Source: Lobosporangium transversale (lineage: Eukaryota). From it: a stretch of DNA of 64,000 nt. The DNA lies in NCBI RefSeq assembly GCF_002105155.1, contig NW_019028979.1:310001-374000 (forward strand), in the 5' to 3' direction. Positions 12,923 to 24,551 of the stretch are shown piece after piece. Each line of letters begins with the position of its first letter. Position 1 is the stretch's first letter. Both the position numbers and the translations under genes were made by a program. The notes beneath the pieces were generated by a model, which worked only from the letters and a program-made list of their open reading frames with translations, had not been told where the DNA came from and did not search any database.

Positions 12923-14506
12923 ATGCTCCGTCAGAGTCGCCCTCATACTCCCCCCACTTCTACTAATATCAATGTTGGCCCGAGAAATCCCTCCCCAGGT
13001 CAACAAGCAACTCCCCATCCTTTCCTTCAGTCACCTACACATGCACGCTCCAACTCCGGCACTATGATATATCCCCCATTTTCGCCTTCATCACAGCCAC
13101 GCTCTTCGCACACAATCTCAAAAGACGCGTCCTCTTTCAGGAAGGACCCTTCAGCTCTATTAACATCGGCTGAAACGGCAACAGCAGCACAACCTTTGTC
13201 ATCAGAACCAGAGAGATCAAGTATGCTTTCATTTGCAGCTGGATACAGTTTACATTTACAAGCAATAGTGTCGCCTACCATTGCCAAGCCTATAGCTGTC
13301 TATCCTCAGGAACACCCACAACGTAAACGGTTTTCACCACGCTTTAGTGGCTCTTCAGTGTCCTATACAACATATTCGTCTGCGCTTGCTTTAACATTCC
13401 ACCAGCAGCAGCAACTATTGCAGCAGCATCAACAACAACAGCAGCAGCAACGCAAGTGTCACCATCCATTGGTTGACCGTTTAGATAAACATAGTGACAA
13501 CAGCCTACCAAGTTGTGACCCGCACCAACACTATGTTTATAATCTCGACAACCGAGCACAACATCGTCATACCTACACTTCTCCACCTTCGCCTTGTACT
13601 GCTCTTGACGCGTCGTCATGTCACTGTTCGCGACCAAGTCGATGCTCCCACTCACACTCATACCCCCATCCTCCGTCTCAATCCTCAATCCCTTCAGGCA
13701 ACAGTGCCAGTCATGTCAGCATATCGTCCTCTTTAAGCGTTGCATCTGCCTCAACAGAGACAAACTCCGTTGCATCAGCCACTACGGGCATGGATCAATG
13801 CTCCCCCATCCTTTCTCATGCTATTACGGCTGCATTATCAGACGTGATCCTCTTGGGAAAGCCGGCAGCAGCGACAGCGCTAGTTGCGGATCACCATGCA
13901 GTGTCCCTTAATTCACAAATGCTTGATTTTAATTCGCCTGTGGAGAACGGACTTGTCTCTGTGCCCTCCTCACCCCATAGTAGTACCAGGACACCGTCTC
14001 CTATGCGAAGTAGAAGGACGTCTTCGTCATTGGCTTCACCGTCTTCATCTGCTACATCCGCTTTATCTGTTGAGGATAACGAACGGGACTATGAATGTTG
14101 CTACAACGACTCTGTATTGTCGTACTCTTCCTCAGCTTCCCTGCCACTTAAACCGTACCTGAAAGGGCCCGATACTTTGTTGATGCAAACACAACAAACA
14201 CAGCATCAGCAGGCACGTCAACAAAGACCCAGCAAACAAGCACGTTGTCATAATCATCATCTCCAAAGACGTCATGCACAGCAAGCGCTAGCAGCACAGA
14301 GTCAGGGACAACAATACGTATCTTCAAAAATGGTTCCTTCAGGCACCTATAAGCGTTCCTGTCCCTCACCAAACTCACCACAGGCGATTGCCCAAAATTC
14401 TACTCGTTACATCCGGTTCCTGTGGCTACCCTTGTTGCCACTGCTAATCCTTGCATTAGGCCCAACTTCAACCAAATTTGAGACCCCTACCAGATATGCT
14501 GTATAG
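12923..14506 (+). CDS. Hypothetical Ser/Pro/Gln/His-rich low-complexity protein with a hydrophobic C-terminal segment
   Basis: Uninterrupted ORF of about 527 codons from ATG 12923, with a polyQ tract and FLWLPLLPLLILALG near the end. No recognisable domain. Confidence 0.55.
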   Translation: MLRQSRPHTPPTSTNINVGPRNPSPGQQATPHPFLQSPTHARSNSGTMIYPPFSPSSQPRSSHTISKDASSFRKDPSALLTSAETATAAQPLSSEPERSSMLSFAAGYSLHLQAIVSPTIAKPIAVYPQEHPQRKRFSPRFSGSSVSYTTYSSALALTFHQQQQLLQQHQQQQQQQRKCHHPLVDRLDKHSDNSLPSCDPHQHYVYNLDNRAQHRHTYTSPPSPCTALDASSCHCSRPSRCSHSHSYPHPPSQSSIPSGNSASHVSISSSLSVASASTETNSVASATTGMDQCSPILSHAITAALSDVILLGKPAAATALVADHHAVSLNSQMLDFNSPVENGLVSVPSSPHSSTRTPSPMRSRRTSSSLASPSSSATSALSVEDNERDYECCYNDSVLSYSSSASLPLKPYLKGPDTLLMQTQQTQHQQARQQRPSKQARCHNHHLQRRHAQQALAAQSQGQQYVSSKMVPSGTYKRSCPSPNSPQAIAQNSTRYIRFLWLPLLPLLILALGPTSTKFETPTRYAV

Positions 14507-14869
14507 TTTTTCTTATTCCCTACTCTCTTCTTCTCTACCTTCACATTGCATCTACTAATCCTTTTTGATTTAATCCCATAACCACTGTATAATCTCTTCA
14601 ATTTTACACTCGGAAAAAAAAATACCCTCTTTATATTTTCTCCCTGCATTACACCTTTATATTATTGCTCGTGATTTACTTTACTACTATTCCTATTGTC
14701 TATGAAATAATTAAAAATGATAATAAAAAAAAAAGTAAACGTTCTATGATCAAAATGAATCAATGTTAAACATGATGTAATGGAAACACGCCAACAAAAA
14801 AAAAAAGTTATGACTTGAGTTGAGAAACATGACAGAGATAAGAAACAATCAAAACTTAAATCCATGCTC

Positions 14870-15030
14870 TGTCCAGGGACCTGAATTGGTTTCCTTTTTT
14901 GAATAGACGCGATTCAATTATCTGTTGATCTGTACGGTTTTTAAAGTTAGTCCAGAAATTCAGGGGCAAAAGATTAGAGAGGATACAGGAGACAGAACTT
15001 ACAAATTTTTTGTGGGTGTGCCGGCACCCA
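14870..15030 (-). ncRNA. Putative omegaRNA scaffold / right end of the Fanzor element
   Basis: Lies at and just beyond the 3' end of the Fanzor reading frame. Stems: TGGGTG/CACCCA (15013-15030), CCTGAATT/AATTCAGG (14880-14887 with 14957-14964) and TTGAAT/ATTCAA (14899-14917). The functional call is inferred from position only. Confidence 0.35.
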
Positions 15031-15470
15031 AATACTTGTGTCTAGCATCGTGCGCTCTGCAGCCGGAGCAGGCGACTCTTCCGTGGGCTTGTACTTTGCA
15101 GGCCTCTCTTGCCTCTCAATTTGAGCAAGACCGATTCTTGCGATGTTTTCCGCCCCTACTGCGTCACGGTCGAAGAATACCTTACATGTCCGGCAATATT
15201 TAGAGCGAGGGTACACCGTCTCTAAAAAGCTATCGCAGAGGGGTCAGGGACAGCGGGCGCTGGTGTAAAATTCGTGCGCTCCTACAGCGAAGTGTCCTCG
15301 TGCTTTGACCTAAGCGTTTCAAATGGCAGTCGTTTATTAGCAAGGGTTCTATAGCTTTCCAGCTTTTCTTACTTTTTTTAAAAAAAGCCATACCTGTGTG
15401 ACAAGGTGTCTCGTTATAGCAGTGTGCTTGCTGGGAACTCCTACTACTTTCAAAGGACCCTCCATATACA
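14974..15470 (-). pseudogene. Fanzor (eukaryotic TnpB-like RNA-guided nuclease) C-terminal remnant with a spliceosomal intron at 15310-15393
   Basis: Spliced translation: GVPSKHTAITRHLVTQ|VKARGHFAVGAHEFYTSARCP*PLCDSFLETVYPRSKYCRTCKVFFDRDAVGAENIARIGLAQIERQERPAKYKP. This contains RuvC-II E-x-x-TS-x-x-C, Zn-finger cysteines and RuvC-III DRD-x-x-x-A-x-NI. In-frame TGA at 15244-15246. Confidence 0.85.
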
Positions 15471-18193
15471 GCATACAGTGTCGATGTCGATCCTTTGTTA
15501 CACAATTTTGTTTTTTTTCAGTTTCTTTTGCACTGGCCCTTGCTTTGTGCTTTGTGAGGAATTTAATGAATAGAAGAAGATTTATAATTTTGAACAGGGG
15601 TAATAAATGCATTGACAGATATGACTTGGTGATTATATCCTTGTCAAAGGTAACAACTAAAGAAAAAAAAAAAAAAGCCTTTTTTATCAGAGAATGCCTT
15701 CATATGATGCTCTTTGCTCCAACAGCCCCAGTACTATTGCGTTAAAGCAGAGATATTCGTTGACTATCAGATTCCGGCATCAATGGCGGAGATAGGAGTG
15801 ATGTAGTTGCATGCGCTTATTGCTTGGAGTAAAAGCTATCTAAGCACCCTTTCTTACTGGACGATACCTTGTTAATGGTGATATTGCGCAGCGCCTTGTG
15901 GATGGAGGGAGAGCAGAAGCGAGAGTGGTGGTTTTTGGCGGTCGTTTGGTGTGTGTATGTGTGAATTTGATAGTTAATACCAATCGCCAAAACATATGCA
16001 TCTAGAAATACAGAAGCGAGATTGATACCGACGCGTCTGATCCTTTCCTAGGGATTGTTACAACCATGGTATGATTGTGGAGTGGCCACCAAAATAAAGT
16101 TTGTTTGGAGGCACCAATGGAAAACGCTTGTGTTTTGAACAAAAAAAGACGCCACGATGTAAAATGTGTTTATACATGTACAGAAACCAAAGAGATGCTT
16201 CAGCTGCTTATTCGTGCACACAGTGATTGACGAACAAAAAAGGAAACAAGATTTGCGAAACAATAAAAAAAAAGCCCGCGATGAAAGAAGGCATGTGCAG
16301 ACAACAAATAAACACAGCAACTGTTTGCTCACATACATTTTTTTCACCGTTGTGTCTGTATCTCTTCTAAGCTTTCTGTCTGGCCGTTTAACACAAGGAA
16401 CCCTCAGAAAAAGAAATACCTCGCATGATTGGTGCCAGGTCTGAAAACAACAATAATGCAATGCTGTACGTGGAAGATAGGGTCTAGAAACTATACCATT
16501 GATCACAACTGCTACTCATGCTCTCTTGCCAAGGACTTGAACAGGCATACCAACCCTTTCTTCCTTGCTCTCATAACCGCTCACATCCTTTCGATGCATT
16601 CTTTCGCCGTTTATGTCCACTACATCTGAACCACACAAGTTCACCACTCACTCCAACAGAGATATTTGTATCACCTTGGGTATGATATGTTGCTGTGGTT
16701 TCCTCTGGTTTCAACAGGCCCAACAAACTCTATTAGCAATGTTTACCAACCCAGATATATCAAGGGAACACAAGAAGACGAGGAAGCAAATGATGTGACA
16801 AATCAAGTCTTGCCGAACAAGCTCCATGGTGCGGTAGAATGAATCAACTCAGATTGCCTTCCTTTCAAGTCGAGACTACGGCGGCGAATATTACCACTGC
16901 TATTACACTAGTCAATAAATAAACGATACAATGGACTCCCAAGCGGATGCTAGGATCATGCGAAAATCTTCATAAGTTTTTTATTTGCACAAATAAAGAA
17001 GCCAGGATAGCTCCATGACAATTTAGTTTTCGGTCATTTATTTCGACATCGAAATAAAATTTCAAGACAATGCCCATGGATTGCTGGATTTTAAGCCCAT
17101 TTATAATGGCAAATTTGCCCTTGTTACGGACGAAGGGATAAGGTTCGATATCATCTTAGGTTGAAAATTGACTGCAAGCCAGCCTAGCTTCTCAGGTTTG
17201 TACCAGGTCACTACATTTCAGTTGCTAGATTTTAAAAAGGAAGTTTGAAGGCTTAAATACGTACGGCCAACGCAACTCATTTCAGAAGAAGCACAGAAGA
17301 AGCATAGAAACAGGAAAAGGGAACACCTCGACAACTGTTTTATTGCTGTAATCCTTATCTTCCATCAACATTTTGGAGCTACTTTTTGGCTACCTTTTTT
17401 TTTTGTTATCTACTTTTTGGCTACCGTGGACCACTCCACTCTGAATCAGTAACATGATACTATTCTTTAGCGAGGTTATCCAGCTGCCTGGGATCATCGA
17501 TCAAAAGACCGGTTCACTCAGATCTATTACCAAAGCCTTTTTTTTTTTTTTTTTTTTTTTTTTTCTTTCTTTTACTGACGTCGCGACTTAATTGATTAGT
17601 CATGTTCGAAAAAGAGCGTAATCAAGCCCGATCAACCTTGATTTCATCTTCATCCACCTTAAACCGCTCTTTTTGTGCAGTGATGCAAGCTAGTCGCCAT
17701 TTTTTGGTTAAACTGATTCAATAGTCACCAAAAAATTGTGGAATGAATATGCTAAACCTTGCTGTACGTAGCATTCTTTTTCTATAAGCACTGAAAAACA
17801 CTAAGCAAAAAATGAATGTCATATTTTAAAAGACAAATAACCAATTCTATTTGACATTACACTGCTCTTGATAAACAAATTTGTTCGAGATAAAAAAAAT
17901 TGATCGAATGAGATGGAAGTGGACCACAAGATATTACAAATGTAAACATCATTTGTATATCATGGATGTGAATAGATATATTTATACCATCTCAAACAAT
18001 ATGTAGTAGTGTGGGGAAACAAACTCTATCCAAACTGTTCATTAGCGACATTCTTCATGCGAACAGACTCGATATTCCTTATTTTATATGACAAATAAAA
18101 TGGTTCGCCGATTAATATAACTTGATTGTCCCACAAAGAGTCTTAAAGTTCATATGCATTCAGCGCCATGTTAATTAATAACGCGATATTTAG

Positions 18194-18380
18194 TATCCTC
18201 CAACTCGTTTGGTCAGTGATTCATATATTTTCTATTCAAAAACGATGATTGAATTGATTTGGTGGCTGATTTTGACATTTCACCCTCCGTGACGAACTGG
18301 TGCCAAGGAATATAATTGGCTCCCAATTCAATCAAGACTATTCAAAAATATATGAATCACTGACCAAATGGGACGGAGTA
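18194..18380. mobile_element. MITE copy 1 (Stowaway-like end ...TGGGACGGAG|TA)
   Basis: 24-bp perfect inverted repeat TTTGGTCAGTGATTCATATATTTT (18208-18231 / 18345-18368). The right end reads TACTCCGTCCCA on the opposite strand. Confidence 0.75.
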
Positions 18381-18560
18381 TAAATATATTTGTGGCCAAG
18401 TGGCATGAATAAAAAAAGCGATAGTGCTCGTTAACTTCTACATGTGTTAAGTACTGGAACACATTACACATGTATATTTATATATATATATATAGATACA
18501 GGGTGAGATTCCTAATTAAATATATCGCTCATTATTTCGGGTTTCGCGTCATGTGAAGAT

Positions 18561-18591
<31 letters not shown>

Positions 18592-18777
18592 CGTTGGAAC
18601 AACGACTCAGCGTACATGTGTAACATCAAAAGCAAATAACTCCAATGTGTACAAAAAAAAGTTTATCATAGACAATCATTCCACCTACAGCTTCAACCTC
18701 CATATTATCCTTCTACCCTGTTCAAATCTCTTGATAAAATAAGTTATACTACATTTTTATACAAAATAATATATGTA

Positions 18778-18952
18778 TAGTCCGTTTCATTTGGTCACGA
18801 TCCCTTATATTTTTTAAATACTCTCAAGGATATTGACAGCCAATTAACTCGCTTGTTCCAAGTTCATCAGGCAGTGAGACGCCACTAAGACCAATTTAAT
18901 CATCGTTTTTTGGATTAAAGTTATATGGGATCGCGACCAAATGAAATGGGTG
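18778..18952. mobile_element. MITE copy 2, same family as 18194-18380, opposite orientation
   Basis: Imperfect ~28-bp TIR CCGTTTCATTTGGTCACGATCCCTTATA versus CCATTTCATTTGGTCGCGATCCCATATA. The internal segment AAAAACGATGATT(G/A)AATTG...GTGGC is shared with copy 1 on the opposite strand. Confidence 0.7.
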
Positions 18953-19265
18953 ATATATAAATATATCAGTATTGGTACACGGTACACGTAAAGCATTGGT
19001 GGCGCAAACTAAATCAAGAAGATATAGTAAATTTATACATATGAATGTATATATATTTCAGCGAAACTTATTTTCCAGATAAGACATCTCTTACCATATT
19101 TTGTTGATTCAATAAGGATGTTGAAAATAAATGAATATGGATGTAAATTCTCTGCCTTTCTGGTTTACGTTCATTTCCATGGTTCATCGACAAAACATTA
19201 TTTCAATGGAATTTATCTTTTTGTTTACTGCTGTGTCAATTATTTTTTTTTTTTTTTATTTTTTG

Positions 19266-19297
<32 letters not shown>

Positions 19298-19703
19298 ATG
19301 CATGCATGCATGCGCGTACAGCAACTGAGTATGGAATTTGTATCCTCTAAAATATGCAATGCACAATCATTCGGGAAGCAGATTGAAATGAAATAACTGT
19401 GAAGGCAACAGGCATAAACATAGACAAAGCTTTGTCTATCAGCCGTACCCGGCTCCGATTGAAAGGTAGATATACAACGGGACAAGGCGGATACCGTTTG
19501 TATATAGCTCATATTTTGAAGTGAAGGGCTCACTGTATCCAGTTTTCCTCAATGTTGTACACACAGCACTTGTAATCAATGATTTTAATCCAATGGATGC
19601 ATGTGTCTATCTATTGAACCATACTGAAGACGACCAACACACTCGCTAGCTTCATCCTTCACAAAGATGATTAAAGATTGATAATATTTTATGCTCTACT
19701 TGA

Positions 19704-21178
19704 TTAAAACCCATCTAGTCGACAGATAGGGAGATAGTACTTGTCTAAGGTCCAGTATGCACGCTTAACACCATTCCATTCCTCTTCTTTCAAGCCGATA
19801 TCCATTTCTTCGTACTCAACTGTAAAGCCCATTTCGCTTAGTTCCAATTCAGAAATCCGATTATACACAGCATGGAAGAATTCGTTTGTGGCACCAAGTC
19901 CATTAAAGTATGAATACACTCCTCCTTCTTCAAGATGGTTTGGCACAACCTCATGGAATGCTCTCAGGTCCTCATAATATTCACCAAAGGTATCAAAGAA
20001 GATCCCATCATAGACTTCCAATTGATCCACTACATCTTGCCATCGTCCAAAGAGGATCTTAACACCTGGTTTCTTATCCCACCCTTCCTTGATCATATAT
20101 GCGTATACATCTGGGTGAGCTTCAATAATTGTGTGCTGTACAGGCGATCGCCTCTGGAGTTCTTTGTCAATCAAGCCTAGCCCAAACCCTACATTCAGTA
20201 CTCTTAGTCCTTCTTCGGGGCAAATCACTTCGGCATGACGAACCATTAAGGGTAATTCCCAACCCATCATCACACCATTCCTTTCAGCATCCAGTAGCCG
20301 GTCACCGTCGTCAGTGTAGTGGAGTGGTTGTGACAAATATGACGCGTTGGGTACTTCTGAGGCTGATTCTACCTTTTGCTTCTTTGATGCAGGTTCTGTT
20401 GATGGTTTGTCCTTTTCAGATAACGAAGAATTGGATGGTTCAACATCCTCAGATGTAACATTGACTAATGCCTCAACCTCTTTCTGATCGACGTGCTTTT
20501 CCTCCTCTTTCTCTTCCTTCTCTTCTCCTTCTTGTTCTTCTTGTTTTTCCTTCAATAGCTCCGCCTTGAGTTTTCTCTGCATGAGTCCCATCAAGAGTTC
20601 TGTGCGGACCCCTTCTTCTAGCAGAAAATCGTAAATCTCAGGTTGATTGAAAGATTTTGCATAATCGCCTACGGATTTGTAATCATCATCTACTAAATTC
20701 CACGGATGACCATAGCTCAATAATAGCTTGACAATCGGTAGGCTCCCAACCATAGTCGCAAAGTGAAGCATGGTCCTTCCGTGAGCCGCGCGGGCGCTAA
20801 AAAAAAAAAAAAGAGGGATGATGATAATGTCAGCCGATATGCCGATATGTGCCTCTGCTTTGAAGATTATGCTAATGATGTATATTTTCTCGACCCTGTC
20901 CTTGCTCCAATTGCTCTTGCTCTTGCTCCCTGCGCCCCACCTCCCCCACTATTTTCCGTTTCCCGTTTGCCCTGCGCAATCTTTTTTTTCTTTTTTTTTT
21001 TTTTGTACCTGTGGTTAGCGCCTTCTTTGAGCAGCTGTTCCACCTTGTTAACCTTGCCTTCAGCCACAGCCTGCATCAATTCCTGGCTCTTGGCAACCTC
21101 CTCACTTGTGGCCTCAATGACTTGCTCTGTTCGGACCAAGTTACTCTCGGGCACAGGATTGCGTTGTGATTCTTCCAT
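19704..21178 (-). CDS. RMT2: Protein arginine N-methyltransferase 2 (ankyrin repeats plus type IV PRMT), 2 exons (21178-21009, 20796-19704)
   Basis: Ankyrin-like LHFATMVGSLPIVKLLLSYGHPWN; GVMMGWELPLM, VLNVGFGLGLID, HTIIEAHPDV, YDGIFFDTFGEYYEDL, YSYFNGLGA. The intron preserves the frame. Confidence 0.92.
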
Positions 21179-22968
21179 GAACGATGTGTAGGCAATGGGT
21201 TGATTAAAGAAGTTTTGAAATTGTTAGAACGAAATAAAAAATCTAAGTGTGTGACGTAATCATTTTTTTTTTTGTCTAGATCTCAAGATCCAAATGATTA
21301 TTCTGTATCGATTCAGAACATCTACATTGAGTGTTGTTGTTGACAATAAACAAATAAACAAACAAACAAGAAAGAAAGAAAGAAAAAAAAACGTACTTAA
21401 TCTACAATGCGCCACGCCTGCTCCCGTACATGTAAGCATGTCGCGTTGAAAGCTACTTTGCATAAAAAAAGGAGATGCGGAGCCATAGCCCTTTGTTCTT
21501 TAAAGTTATTCAAAAAGTCCTTCATGACAAATACAATGTAGTACAAAGCCAAATATTTTCATGTTCAAGGGGAGAGAGGAAAAACAGTTGAGGGGGTGAA
21601 GGAAAGGGGGGCGCGAACTTGACCAAACAAACAGGGAGAAAGTTTGCGCATGCGCAATGAAGACAGCGTATTTCCCCACTATGGCATGGGCATGATTCAT
21701 CAGACATCAGATGGTTGTAATGTATTTTTTTTTTTTAGAAAAAAAAGAGAGGCTTGATAAAAATAAAAAAAGCGTTGGGCATGACCACGAGGGAATAGGG
21801 GCAACAAAAATGCAATCGTGCAAGGCAAGAGTGTAGTGCTAGTGTGGTGAGTTTGTTCAAAAGTAGCTACATCCAATTATGGACGCGTTAGTAAGGAAAC
21901 AGACTTGGGTCTAAATCCCTAACCAAAGTGCTCTCTTTGTTCTCTTGTTGCTCTCTTTTTTGTTGTTGTTACTGCGGCCAGCTTATTGCTTCTGTTTGCC
22001 AAACATCACAAGAGCTGATTCGCAATGAATGTGCGGACCATCTGGCTCATCATTTGCTCATGACATTGCTCTTTTGCTGTTCATCTGTTCTTTAGTGACA
22101 ACAAAGGTCTCCTATTTAGTTTCTAGTCTACAACTGCATCTCTTTTTTGGGGAAACTTATAGGGAAATATGTATAAAATATATACGTGATCTGAGATGTA
22201 CATATAATCATTGTGCAGTTAGTAAACTAATGTAGTAAACATGTAAAGTTCAGGTACGAGAAAGCGATGCATCCATCCACAGGTCCATACTAACGGTGAT
22301 CCAGGGATAGGAAAGATATATATAAATATATATGTATATGTATATAATATATCAATATACAAATTATATATCTATATCATACCTATACAAATGGCGCACT
22401 TGGTTCGTCAACAAGCTTGGTAGATGTCGTTATGCATGCGTCTGCAACCAATAGTAAGCATCTCCTACCTGTTTCCCGATCTCCAACCCTCCTTCTTCCC
22501 CCCCTCCTTTCCTGGTCAGCCCAATGGCCGTAATGTGCTTGACTGCGATAAATAAGAATGTCTATGGTCAAACCTTGCTTCGCACTTCTGCGCTTTTTGG
22601 CTTTGTACATGTACACAAAGTTAATGTCCATAATTGCGAAAAAAGTGTAAAGTAGAAAGAGTAGAATAAAAGGTAACACAAAAAAACGTTGTTTTATGGA
22701 GTGCAAGCTTTCACCCCCTCTACCTTAAAAAAAAGATGATGGGCAAAAAATAGTCGCAAACTATAGTCTGCAGTTGTGCAGTTCTTTTAGACTGAACTGG
22801 GTACATGTATACCAACGAGGTTGTTAACGGGAAAGAGAACTCGAATTAGGTCTGGTCGGTTGCTGCTGGAGAGAGATAGCCGGATAGGATGCTCAGCTAA
22901 AGTTTATTAAACCTATGCTCTAGAGACATGGACATAAATATATTATATATATATACAATTTATTTATG

Positions 22969-22971
<3 letters not shown>

Positions 22972-23007
<36 letters not shown>
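22972..23007. repeat. (TA)n microsatellite
   Basis: Run of TA dinucleotides seen directly. Confidence 0.9.
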
Positions 23008-23010
<3 letters not shown>

Positions 23011-24551
23011 TAGACTTTGTTTGCCGAAATGCATCGGCATTAACTTGCCGGGATATAGCCAATGGAGTCTCAATATATTAAAGGAAAAAGCGGAGAAGAA
23101 TGAATATGATTATTGAATTGGGACGGGAAAAAATAAAGCATGAAAAGTGGCGTAGCGGATTGGCTTGGGTTGTTCTTTGTTCCTAACGATGGGGACTCTT
23201 TATTTTATTTTAATAGTATATAATGTATTATTCTATATATTCAGATATTTCCATGAAAATATAGTTTTCTCTACTGCACCCTATTTATTTGCGATAAACA
23301 TTCCTTTCCATTTCTTGACATCTCAACTCTATAGCCCGTGATGTATTTTCTTGATGATAAATGTAAATATACTATATGTGCGTTTGCGCATTAGGGTAAC
23401 ACTCTTGCGGAGGAATTTACTTTTTTATAATTTTATAATTTTTTTTTATAGAACCGAGGCAAAGAGAAGGCGGGATATGGATTATCGTTTAGGTGACCTC
23501 TTCTCCTTCCCCCTTTTTTATGAACTACTGTGGTGCAAACGATGTAAGGAAAGGCTATTAACGTTGTTTTTAACAAAAAAAGAGATGCGGAACTCATTGG
23601 TGTTGTGGATATACTCTTTTTTTTTTTGTTAGTTTACTCATGCATGGCGTGCATTTATACATCAACTGCGATAAAGAGTTACACATCTATTTTCCAGCTA
23701 CTCAATAGAAAAAAAAAAAAAAAAAAAAAAAAAACTGGATAGAATTGAATGAATGTATTCAAAATGTATATTCTATCAAGGCATACAACCTGGGGAAAGT
23801 CTAGTCAAGTCTATCTGAACGTTAAACGAAAAAAGTGTACATGTAGATGTATCCCTATTTGGAATGCATATATTTTTGTAATAGTCATTTGTATTCTTTT
23901 TCTAGCCTGACTAAATAACACCCTCTTTCATCCTTTCATCGATCATTGACTGAGAGCATTACCCTTCGGCTCTACTTCTTCTTCTGCTCCCATGCTTCTC
24001 TTTCTCCCCCTCGATTTTCTCGTGTTTAGTATACATGTATATCTGTCTCATGCCTGCGATTGATAGGAGGATCTTGTCTTATATCTGACTCGGTTTTTTT
24101 CAATAAAGTATGTGGACTCAGTCAAACTTCCTTCAACCGTTTCATTTCTATCGTCCACCATTAATGATCGGAGATCTACTTAAATACAGGCCTTCTTTCG
24201 ACGACTTTTTTTTCTTTTCTTTTCATTTTTCTTTCTTTCTTTCATCATCACCCTCTTTTTGTTTTCTTCACCGTTTTACTTCGCCCTTCATTTACACCAG
24301 CAAACAGTGTCTGTGCTGCACACGCGTTTTAAAACATCCAACGTCCTCCCCTTTCTCTTCCCATCATCATCCACTTCATTTCTTCTCCAATAGTCGTGCA
24401 ACAGTAGACAATCCTCCCTCCTTGCACTCACACTCATACATACATACGAGTCCTCAGTCATTCACAAGAAGACGAAAAGAAGAAGAAAAAACCTTTTCTC
24501 CCCAACCTTTTTCTTGTACACACTCACACATAAACAAAAAAAAAAAAAAAA

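Noticed and set aside
16400..17350. Coding-like fragments that might be a transposase partner of the Fanzor
   Set aside because: Only short stop-bounded peptides, with no DDE, Y1/HUH, serine-recombinase or helicase motif recognisable by eye.
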